Positions 18,201 to 24,937 of a DNA stretch of 64,000 nt are shown here, piece after piece. How positions within the stretch are numbered: the first letter of the stretch is position 1; every line of letters starts with the position of its first letter. The stretch lies in the sequence record KY555145.1. One strand, given 5' to 3'. The notes beneath the pieces were generated by a model. The model worked only from the letters and a program-made list of their open reading frames with translations. It did no database searches and was not told the origin of the DNA. A program made the translations under genes and the position numbers.

Positions 18201-19458
18201 GCACCGCACCACCACCCAGTCGATCCCCTCGGCTACCTGGACGGCGGTCCAGTGGGATGCGGAACTGGAAGACCCGGTCGGGGCCTTCGTGTCGAGCGCT
18301 AATACACGCATCACCGTCCCGGCGGGCGTGCAGTATGCGCGGGTCACGGCCTATACGACCTGGAACACCAGCCCGACCAGCGCGACGATCGGTTTGGCGC
18401 TGCGCCGCAATGGCGTCGAAATCGGCGCCTCGGGCGGCACCAGCATCGCCGCTACCCGCACGGGTTTTGCCGAAAGCCACCTGAACCTCACCTCTGAATG
18501 GTTCCCGGTCACGGCGGGCGACTACTACGAGGTCTATGTCCTCCAGAACTCTGGCTCGGCCCAATCCCTGAACGGGCCGGTGACGAAGTTCGGCGAGAAC
18601 TCCTATGTCCAGTTCGAGTGGGACGTGGGACCGGCGGCCCAGCAGTACGAAGCCCACGCCGCCCACAAGGGCTGGCGCGTGATCGTCACCGAGAGCCAAA
18701 CCGACACCTACGCGACCCTGGCGGAACTGAAGTTCTACGACCGGTCCGGAACCCTGGTCCCGACGACGGGCGGCAAGGTCTACGACACCAACTCCCATGG
18801 GACCTATCCGGCCTCCCAGGCGTTCGACGGCAACACTGCCACCTACTGGTCGTCGTTGCAGCAGACCTCGACCGACCTTCCCGGCGGTCCGGGCTATATC
18901 TTCGCCTCGGGCGTCGACGTGGGGTCTTTCAAGATCACCACCACTGGCTCGGACTTCAACACCACCAACTCGCCCAAGAACTTCTCGCTGCAATATACCG
19001 ACGACGATGGCGCGTCGTGGAAGACCTACGCCGTCTACACCAACCAGACGGGTTGGGGCGTCAGCGAGGAGCGCACCTTCACGGTCCCCGTCGTGGGTGT
19101 GGCGGCCAACGCACCGGGTGGGGGCGATACCACGGCCGACTTCGGCTCCTTCATCGCCGGCAAGCCCCTGGCCAATGAAAAGGCGATCCGCTTCGTGGTC
19201 GCCACCCCGTTCACGGTCACGACCGGCCTCCACCAGGGCTCGGCCGAGACGGCGGCGACGGCCTCGCGCACGTTCAGCTTCGCCAAGAATGGCGTCGAGT
19301 TCCTGACCGCGACCTTCGCGGCGGCGGGGACGGTGGCGACGTTCTCGGCCAACGCCGCCACGAGTTTTGCCGCCGGGGACGTGCTGATGATCACCGCCCC
19401 GTCGACCCAGGACGCCACCCTGGCGGACATTTCCTTCACGCTCAAGGGAACCCGATAG
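15220..19458 (+). CDS. Long DUF2793-type tail fibre with ~33-aa repeats and two discoidin-like domains
   Basis: 1412 aa; about 10 copies of FLxLxDTPxxYxG...VRV...GLEF; two similar F5/8C-like modules (AFD.....W.S...F..QY.DD...W). Confidence 0.85.
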   Translation: MTDYTPILKLPEVAPNQNQKEDTINTALAILESAMNNVKVYTLTGAGPRNLTEDDYTRYFLHRFSGQTAAYEVTVPAALPRWFAVENAGSFAITVRCQGVTGGLPFEVPPGKIGLAVSDGSDVRTVVPQSGMGLLQDLSDVSGVPTDKQVLRYDAATSLWKPSTFTMAFTQLTDVPGSYSAQQGKLVAVNAAGTGLEFVTSASNVNDFLDLTDTPSSYAGAAGKTVKVSSGGTGLVFGSPTFLESTDTPSSYSGGANKFVRVNPGSSALIFSDVKLTDLSDGPGTYTGFGGMFLRVKNDGTGFEFNTGSGGPDNFLDLTDTPDAYTGQGNKAVRVKSDVSGLEFYTPNFLLLSDTPADYSGAANKVLRVNGAGNAVVFSTLAFQDLQNVPTAQANKWLRWNPTATALINDTPTFLGLSDTPAAYAGNEGKYVYVKGDGSGLGFTATSANLSFLELNDTIDTTYDSKTDMVPIVTIVSGSPVLQLGYYAFAKLAGVSLSSPTNGQILGYNATSGLWTNIDAPEGGGGSIGVPSYGTHPYWRLLLHATDGSTVEYGIQEIEFKHTKTGADLATGGTASASTTAEGSPDGAFDDTVGAAWFSSTAADGEWIKYHFTAPVDVRYLTLKGSQSRPNGSPSAFSVQYSDDDSVWTTAWEVTGQTGWAAGQTREFHAPIDLFFTDLADAPPSYIGQAGKALRVNTGETALEFFTPATTLATMGDVDFTFPPTDGQFLRYDNATGKWKPYTLTSEGQKAAFRGEWSGSGENITLTFDALTIPSVLSPDAPGWTIVGQADATAGTTQALKSRPIGNSGLCYVEQTVNFVGDTPFKVRYKVSSESVDVFRVLVDGSVVFTDSGNNGTFEEFSTTLSGTHTIRYQYSKDPSVAVGDDCVYISQITYKKTADTPFIYGDTVTYLGNTFFCLIDNTTETPGVGTDWSMFGGSGSGTFLGLTDTPASYSGQSLKAVRVKADETGLEFYTAATGGGGGSGGVLPERTRLHRTTTQSIPSATWTAVQWDAELEDPVGAFVSSANTRITVPAGVQYARVTAYTTWNTSPTSATIGLALRRNGVEIGASGGTSIAATRTGFAESHLNLTSEWFPVTAGDYYEVYVLQNSGSAQSLNGPVTKFGENSYVQFEWDVGPAAQQYEAHAAHKGWRVIVTESQTDTYATLAELKFYDRSGTLVPTTGGKVYDTNSHGTYPASQAFDGNTATYWSSLQQTSTDLPGGPGYIFASGVDVGSFKITTTGSDFNTTNSPKNFSLQYTDDDGASWKTYAVYTNQTGWGVSEERTFTVPVVGVAANAPGGGDTTADFGSFIAGKPLANEKAIRFVVATPFTVTTGLHQGSAETAATASRTFSFAKNGVEFLTATFAAAGTVATFSANAATSFAAGDVLMITAPSTQDATLADISFTLKGTR

Positions 19459-19668
19459 ATGGCCGACGGAACGGCTCGCGTTACACAGGAGACGGTGGAG
19501 GTCATCTCCACCGGCCCCAAGCCCGTTCGCCTCACCCAGGAGACGGTGGAGATCATCTCGACCTCCAAGCGCCCCGCCCGTTTGACCCAGGTCACCTTGG
19601 AGGTGATCCGATCGGTCGGGGTCGCGGCGGAGCGCCCGCGTCGCCTCATCTTCATGCTCGGAGCCTGA
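19459..19668 (+). CDS. Small structural protein with triple repeat
   Basis: 69 aa, R(V/L)TQ(E/V)T(V/L)E(V/I)I three times; abuts both neighbours. Confidence 0.65.
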   Translation: MADGTARVTQETVEVISTGPKPVRLTQETVEIISTSKRPARLTQVTLEVIRSVGVAAERPRRLIFMLGA

Positions 19669-19669
19669 C

Positions 19670-20758
19670 ATGGCCTATATTTTCGTCGACGGCTGCGACA
19701 GCGGTAGCAACGCCAATAACACCGTGATGGCTCAGAAGTGGAGTTGGGCCGTCACCAACACGAGCTACCTTAACTGGGGCGGTACGGGACGCTTCGGCGG
19801 TCAGGCCTACTATGGCGGAGCCACCACGCTCAACATCTATGGCGCCGGGAAAGCCTTCCCGCTTACCGGGACGGCGGTCGGCACCGATGAGTTCTTCATG
19901 GGGTGCAGCCTCTACGCGGCCGGCACGACGAGTGGGGGCTACATCATGGCGTTCCAGAACTCGACTCCGGTGCTCGATGGGTCGGTCACCTTCAGCACGG
20001 GGTCGGCGCCCACCCAATTGTCGATCCGCCTGACCGGTTCGATGACTCTGGCGATCTATCGGGGCGCGACGCTCCTGGCGACGGGCACCACGGTCCTGAC
20101 GGCGGGCCAATGGTATCGCATCGAGGCGCGGATCGTGATCTCCAACACCGGGGTGTTCGATATTCGCCTAAATGGCAATCCCGAGATCACTTTCTCGGGC
20201 GACACCTACGATACGGGCGACCTGGGCGTTCGGCAGTTCTGCATCGTTCCGACCGCCAACACCTCTGCGTCGCTGCGTTTTGACGACATCGTGCTCTACA
20301 ACAGCGCGGCGGTCGAGGGCGAGCCGACGACGTGGCTGGGTGATCTTCGAATCGACACCCTGCGGCCGACCGCCAACGGCGACGTCGTCAACTCCACGCC
20401 GCTCTCGGGCGCGGCCTATGCGGCGGTCGACGAGGTGGCCTCCGACGGCGACACCACCTATACCGAGTCGACCAACATCGGCGACAAGGACCTCTACCAG
20501 CTTAGCGACCTGACCGAAACGCCGCAGACGATCCATGCCGTGGTCGTCACCGCGATGGCCAAGTCGACGGGCACGACCAACCGGGCGATCAAGCTCAAGG
20601 TCAAGTCGAGCGTCGAGGGCGACAGCGCCGCCAAGACCGTGCCGCTGAGCGCCTATGGCGGCCTTCAAGCGACGTTCTCGCGCGATCCGGCAACGGCGGC
20701 GGCCTGGACCGCGACCGCCGTCAACGGCATGCAGGCTGGCTGGCAGGTCGACACCTGA
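19670..20758 (+). CDS. Tail/virion protein, lectin (ConA/LamG)-like beta fold
   Basis: 362 aa, Thr/Gly-rich, GQWYRIE...FDIRLNG motif; last gene of the tail module. Fold is inferred. Confidence 0.65.
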   Translation: MAYIFVDGCDSGSNANNTVMAQKWSWAVTNTSYLNWGGTGRFGGQAYYGGATTLNIYGAGKAFPLTGTAVGTDEFFMGCSLYAAGTTSGGYIMAFQNSTPVLDGSVTFSTGSAPTQLSIRLTGSMTLAIYRGATLLATGTTVLTAGQWYRIEARIVISNTGVFDIRLNGNPEITFSGDTYDTGDLGVRQFCIVPTANTSASLRFDDIVLYNSAAVEGEPTTWLGDLRIDTLRPTANGDVVNSTPLSGAAYAAVDEVASDGDTTYTESTNIGDKDLYQLSDLTETPQTIHAVVVTAMAKSTGTTNRAIKLKVKSSVEGDSAAKTVPLSAYGGLQATFSRDPATAAAWTATAVNGMQAGWQVDT

Positions 20759-20763
20759 CGAAT

Positions 20764-20778
20764 GTCGTGAATCTTGAC
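20764..20778 (+). promoter_or_regulatory. Phage promoter motif copy upstream of lysis cassette
   Basis: Exact GTCGTGAATCTTGAC followed by a CATAGT -10-like element. Confidence 0.7.
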
Positions 20779-20837
20779 ATCGGCATGTTTCCGGACCATA
20801 GTCAAGGCCTTGATTTTCAGCACTTCCGGAATTCCAC

Positions 20838-21479
20838 ATGCGTGTCTCCGACACCGGCCTGAAGCTGATCCAGGCCTGGGAAGGCCTCGGTGACGGGAAC
20901 CCCGCCACGGTCGACCTGGAGCCCTATGTCTGCCCGGCCAAGGTCTGGACGGTCGGTTGGGGGCACGCCCTGAAGACGCCGACCGGTCAGATCATCGACG
21001 TCGACGTCTTCGGCGCCGCCAGGGCCAAGGTCCTGGCGGCCGAATCCATGCAGCGCAAGTTCGGCAAGGGCGCGATCACCCGTGATCAGGCCGTCGCCCT
21101 GCTGCGCGAGGATGTCACCGGCTTCGAGCGCTCGGTCGACAAGATGATCGGCGCGGCCGGAGCCACTCAGGGTCAGTTCGACGCCCTGGTCTCGTTCGCC
21201 TTCAACTGCGGCTCGGCCAACCTCCAGTCCTCGACCCTCCTGCGCCTGCACAACGCCGGCAAGCGCGCGGTGGGCGACGTGTCGATGTCGGCGCTCTGCA
21301 AGGAGAGCAAGCTCTCCACGCCGATCGGTAACATCGCCGTGGCCTTCTCGCGTTGGAACAAGGTCAACAAGGTCTGGGCGCTGGGACTGTTCCGCCGCCG
21401 GCTGTCCGAAGTCCTGGTCTATGGCGGGCATAATCCCGACGAGGCGGTCAAGGCCGCCCAGGGCTTCAAGGGCTGCTGA
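20838..21479 (+). CDS. Endolysin, GH24 phage lysozyme
   Basis: LIQAWEG...YVCPAKVWTVGWGH catalytic region and QFDALVSFAFNCG, F.RWNK, GLFRRR motifs. Confidence 0.92.
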   Translation: MRVSDTGLKLIQAWEGLGDGNPATVDLEPYVCPAKVWTVGWGHALKTPTGQIIDVDVFGAARAKVLAAESMQRKFGKGAITRDQAVALLREDVTGFERSVDKMIGAAGATQGQFDALVSFAFNCGSANLQSSTLLRLHNAGKRAVGDVSMSALCKESKLSTPIGNIAVAFSRWNKVNKVWALGLFRRRLSEVLVYGGHNPDEAVKAAQGFKGC

Positions 21480-21481
21480 TC

Positions 21482-21970
21482 ATGAGCCTGTTCGGTGTCA
21501 TCGCCCTGGCCTGGAAGTTCTTCCTCAACCCGGCCGTCATGGGCGTCGTCTTCGCGGCGATCGCCGCCCTGACGGGCTTGTGGCTGCTGGGCGGCCCGGT
21601 CCTGTTTTGGAAGGTGGTGCGCGACGCGCGCCTCTGGCTCGTCGTCGCCTGCGCGGCGGTGATCTTCGGCTACGCCCATCTCCAGACCAAGCTCGAAAAG
21701 GCCGAGCAGCGCCTGGAGGAGATCGCCGACCAGAAGCAGGCCCATGACGACGGCCAGGAGGTCGTCAAGAACAACATCAAAAAGCAGGTCAAGCGCGCCA
21801 AGCAGGCGGCCAAGTACCAAGAGGTTATTCACGATGCCCCGACTGGCGAAAAGCTCGACGCGCTCCTCGACGAGTTCGCGCGTGATCAAGGCGGTGCTGC
21901 TCCCGTCCCTGGTGATGCTCAGCCTGACCCTGGCGGCGTGTCAGACCGTCCCGGTCGGGTTCTCCCCTGA
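21482..21970 (+). CDS. Inner-membrane spanin (Rz-like)
   Basis: Hydrophobic N-terminal TM segments then a charged coiled-coil periplasmic region; overlaps the lipoprotein gene. Confidence 0.75.
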   Translation: MSLFGVIALAWKFFLNPAVMGVVFAAIAALTGLWLLGGPVLFWKVVRDARLWLVVACAAVIFGYAHLQTKLEKAEQRLEEIADQKQAHDDGQEVVKNNIKKQVKRAKQAAKYQEVIHDAPTGEKLDALLDEFARDQGGAAPVPGDAQPDPGGVSDRPGRVLP

Positions 21971-22223
21971 CGACCTCTATCCCAAGGAACTGCGGACCTG
22001 CGCGCCCGCGCCGCAGGTCCCCCCGCGCCCGGCCCCCGGCGCGCCTCGCTCGGAGGACGCTCAGGCCGGCTACGTCAAGGATGACCATCTCGCCGGCGCC
22101 GACTGCCGCGACAAGGTCGAATCCTGGAACGAGCGGGCCGTCAAGTACGAGGCCCAGTACAAGGCCATGAACGCCGGCCCGGTCGGCAAGTTCTTCGGCA
22201 AGCTCAAAGGGAAGAAGCAGTGA
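21882..22223 (+). CDS. Outer-membrane spanin lipoprotein (Rz1-like)
   Basis: GTG start at 21882 gives MIKAVLLPSLVMLSLTLAA-C with a lipobox, then a Pro-rich linker; overlaps the i-spanin 3' end in another frame. Confidence 0.78.
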   Translation: MIKAVLLPSLVMLSLTLAACQTVPVGFSPDDLYPKELRTCAPAPQVPPRPAPGAPRSEDAQAGYVKDDHLAGADCRDKVESWNERAVKYEAQYKAMNAGPVGKFFGKLKGKKQ

Positions 22224-22699
22224 CGCCGCCCTGGATCGCCGCGCCGCTGCGAGTCTGCGGGAACTTCTTCCGCTGGGTTCGCCTGACCCTGGACACGCTC
22301 TGCGATCGCCCTGACCACCTCCAGCGCTTGTCGATCATCGGCTCGGGCATGGCGGCTTTCCCACTGATCATCGGGATCATCGCGATCCTGGTGCATTTCG
22401 GTCTGCACGGGCCGGACAGCGCCGCCGCCCTGGCGACCATCCCGATCATCGGCAACATGGGCTACGGCGCCCTGGCGCTCTACGCCCTCTCCCAGGTGGC
22501 GCTCCTGGGGATCATCAAGGGCGTGCGGCTTTCTGGCCCCGGCGGCGTCAATGTCGAGATCGAGACCACCTCGGGCGACGGCGACGGCCTGTCCGACACC
22601 CACACCACGATCGTCGAGCGCGGCCGGCGTCACGGCCGCGATCACGATTGTGCTCCCAACCCTCAAGCCGGCTCTGGCGCCGGCGCTATCACGGAGTAG
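22220..22699 (+). CDS. Putative holin / membrane protein
   Basis: 159 aa with two predicted TM helices, inside the lysis cassette, GTGA overlap. Confidence 0.55.
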   Translation: MTPPWIAAPLRVCGNFFRWVRLTLDTLCDRPDHLQRLSIIGSGMAAFPLIIGIIAILVHFGLHGPDSAAALATIPIIGNMGYGALALYALSQVALLGIIKGVRLSGPGGVNVEIETTSGDGDGLSDTHTTIVERGRRHGRDHDCAPNPQAGSGAGAITE

Positions 22700-22704
22700 G
22701 GACC

Positions 22705-22878
22705 ATGCGCGAAGGCTTCATGCTGGAAGGCTATGGCGGTCTGAAGATCGGTCCGGGCGGCGGGGCTGACCCGTACACGACCTTGGGCGACGGCGGCTCG
22801 GAAGGCTGCATCCCGGTCAAGGACGACATCGCTCCGGATGGCGGGACCCAGATCATCTCCCCGCTCGGCTACGGCTAA
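22705..22878 (+). CDS. 57-aa Gly-rich peptide
   Basis: ATG at 22705 preceded by GGAG/AGGGA; phage-like codon usage. Confidence 0.55.
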   Translation: MREGFMLEGYGGLKIGPGGGADPYTTLGDGGSEGCIPVKDDIAPDGGTQIISPLGYG

Positions 22879-22911
22879 CACCCTGCGACATAACGTCGCA
22901 TGTCATGATCC

Positions 22912-22940
22912 TTGACAGAACGACGATCTTCGAGTATGGT
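22912..22940 (+). promoter_or_regulatory. Sigma70-type promoter TTGACA-N17-TATGGT
   Basis: Direct match; preceded by a degenerate copy of the phage motif (GTCATGATCCTTGAC). Confidence 0.7.
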
Positions 22941-22943
22941 CGC

Positions 22944-23238
22944 GGCTCTTCGACGGCATCCCACCGTCACCTATGGCTCGCGACCCACCGTTCGCAGGGA
23001 GATGCTCGCGACCAAGGCGGTAGCCGGAACGACGCTAGGCTGCAAAGCCAAGCCTCCGGAACACGCAGCAGCCGGCTGGAACGCTAGGCCGTTACGTCCA
23101 AACGGGGCCAGGACCTGTGAGGCGAAAGCCGAAAGGCCCCACCACCCGACAAGGGTTCACGCGTGATGCGGAAGAAGGACGTCAGTCCTGAAGTGTCTCA
23201 GGTGCAGAAGGCCCGCCGGTTTCCCGGCGGGCCTTTTT
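22944..23238 (+). ncRNA. Unassigned ~290-nt structured RNA candidate
   Basis: Bounded by a promoter and an intrinsic terminator, no credible ORF, many short hairpins including a GAAA tetraloop. Confidence 0.6.
23208..23238 (+). terminator. Intrinsic terminator
   Basis: AAGGCCCGCCGG/CCGGCGGGCCTT stem followed by TTTTT. Confidence 0.88.
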
Positions 23239-23257
23239 CTGGTCTGGAGACAGGGCC

Positions 23258-24058
23258 TTAGTCGACCGCTTCCAGGCGCCGGCGCTTGGGCGCGCTCGCC
23301 GGCAGGGACGGGGCCAGATCGCCGATCTTGCCGACCACCTTGCCGAGGAACACGATCCGCTTGGGATCGACGTCGACATGATCCTTCAGGTCGGCGCTAT
23401 AGACCCGGAACGCGCCGCCCTTGGAGGGACGGGTGACGTGCGCGACCTGCATGACCTTGTCCATGCCGTAGACGAACTCGCCGCCGGCGGCGCTGGGCTC
23501 TACATCGCGGCGGACCACCGCCATGTCGCCCGGCTTGAGACCAGGGGCGAAGTCGTGGATCGGGGCCAGGGCCAGATCGGTCGGCTCGGCCTCGAAGCGC
23601 TCGCGAAGCCAGTCGGGATCGAGGTTCCAGGTCCGGGCGCGCTTGAACTCGCCAAGGCGGCCTTTGAAGGTCACTTCCTCGACCGGGTTGGGCGCGCCGA
23701 CCCCGAAGGTGATGTATTCGGGCGTCGTCTTGAGGACGTGGGCGATCTGCTCCAGCACGTCGATGTGCGGCTTGACGCTGTCGGACTCGTACATGATGTA
23801 CGCCGTGCGCGCCAGCGGCCGGCGCTCGCCCGCCTGCTTCGGCTCCCAGCCCGGCTTGGTGCTGGTGTCCTTGCGCGAATTGCTCTGTTGGGTCAAGTAG
23901 ACCTGCGAGGCCACTTGCTCCTGAGTCAGGTCGAGGGCCTTCCGGCAGGCGGTGATCCGCTGCCCGATGGTCTGAGGATGCGCAAGATCGGCATCCTTGT
24001 GGATCAAGGAACGAGCGCGATGGGGCACCATCGGCTTCAGTTCGGCCACGGCTTGCAT
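23258..24058 (-). CDS. XRE-family HTH regulator with C-terminal S24-like domain
   Basis: TIGQRITACRKALDLTQEQVA...LEQIAHVLKTTPEYITFG helix-turn-helix; C-terminal GDMAVV...GKVVG as in CI-like repressors. Confidence 0.8.
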   Translation of the reverse strand: MQAVAELKPMVPHRARSLIHKDADLAHPQTIGQRITACRKALDLTQEQVASQVYLTQQSNSRKDTSTKPGWEPKQAGERRPLARTAYIMYESDSVKPHIDVLEQIAHVLKTTPEYITFGVGAPNPVEEVTFKGRLGEFKRARTWNLDPDWLRERFEAEPTDLALAPIHDFAPGLKPGDMAVVRRDVEPSAAGGEFVYGMDKVMQVAHVTRPSKGGAFRVYSADLKDHVDVDPKRIVFLGKVVGKIGDLAPSLPASAPKRRRLEAVD

Positions 24059-24159
24059 TTCGTTCTCCTCCGTCCGTCGGGAACCGCGTCATTCGGTGTC
24101 GGGGTAACACCTGACATTTGCGATGGTTCCACGCCGCAACGTTTCCTTGTCGAAATTGA

Positions 24160-24185
24160 CAAAGAGGGGATGTACACCCTCTTTG
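24160..24185. repeat. 9-bp inverted repeat CAAAGAGGG-N8-CCCTCTTTG (operator or terminator hairpin)
   Basis: Perfect arms, overlapping a TTGACA box, between dut and the XRE gene. Confidence 0.6.
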
Positions 24186-24236
24186 GCAACACATCAAGGC
24201 CAGAGATGAAAAAAGTTTGATACTCGACTTTAGGGG

Positions 24237-24920
24237 TCAGGCGCCCGTCGAGCCGAACCCGCCGGCGCCCCGCTCCGTCTCGTCCAGGCTCTCGACCTCG
24301 ACGACCGGCACGATCAGGCACTGTTCGAGGATGATCTGGGCGATGCGATCGCCGGGCTTGATCTCCACGGTCTCCCCGAAGAAGGGCGCGCCGAAGACGT
24401 CGGCCTGCTTGCCGTGGTGGGTCAGGATGACCTTGACCTCGCCGGTGTAGTCCTCGTCCACCACGCCGGCCAGGACCCCGATGCCCTTGACGCCCAGGCC
24501 CGAGCGCGGCGCGACGCGGGCATAGGTTCCCTCGGGCGCGGTGATCGAGAGGCCCGTCGACAGCAGGGCGCGATCGCCGGGGTTCAGGCGCACTGTCGTC
24601 TCGCCGTCGTAATAGACGTCCAGGCCGGCGGCCTTGGGCGAGCCCCGCGTCGGGAGCTTGGCGGTCTGGGTCAGGCGCTTGACCTTCAGGACCGGGCCGT
24701 CGTGCTTCACCTTGGTCAAACCCCTCGCCTCCTCCCAGGACAGAAACTGGACGTCGCGCGTGAACCGCCCGTAGAGAGCGACGTTCTGATCGACGCCTGA
24801 GCGGACGTCCGCCTCGATGCCGGCGCCCCGAAGGGCGTCGGCGAGGGTGTAGGCCTGCTCAGCTTGCGCAGCCCTTTGATAGAAGACGGTAGCTCGGCCG
24901 TAAAGGTGGGTCGGGGACAT
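24237..24920 (-). CDS. dut: dUTPase with N-terminal extension
   Basis: Motifs AGLD, PRSGLG, GVVDEDYTGE, RIAQ, RGAGGFGSTG. Confidence 0.95.
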   Translation of the reverse strand: MSPTHLYGRATVFYQRAAQAEQAYTLADALRGAGIEADVRSGVDQNVALYGRFTRDVQFLSWEEARGLTKVKHDGPVLKVKRLTQTAKLPTRGSPKAAGLDVYYDGETTVRLNPGDRALLSTGLSITAPEGTYARVAPRSGLGVKGIGVLAGVVDEDYTGEVKVILTHHGKQADVFGAPFFGETVEIKPGDRIAQIILEQCLIVPVVEVESLDETERGAGGFGSTGA

Positions 24921-24937
24921 TATTTTCGGGCCTCTGG

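Noticed and set aside
15220-19458. Diversity-generating retroelement acting on the fibre
   Set aside because: No reverse transcriptase and no near-identical TR/VR pair with A-specific mismatches visible in the window; the two fibre paralogues are diverged at all codon positions.
23036-23060. GCAAAGCC...CCTCCGG resembling a c-di-GMP-I (GEMM) riboswitch fragment
   Set aside because: No upstream GGCAAAC/GNRA P2 stem or tetraloop-receptor pattern, and no downstream gene to regulate.
23104-23140. Hammerhead-like core CUGUGA-GGC-GAAA-GCC-GAAA in the 290-nt RNA
   Set aside because: Core lacks one conserved nucleotide (CUGAnGA expected), and stems I and III cannot be closed with an NUH triplet in register. 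Kept only as part of the ncRNA finding; an in vitro cleavage assay would settle it.
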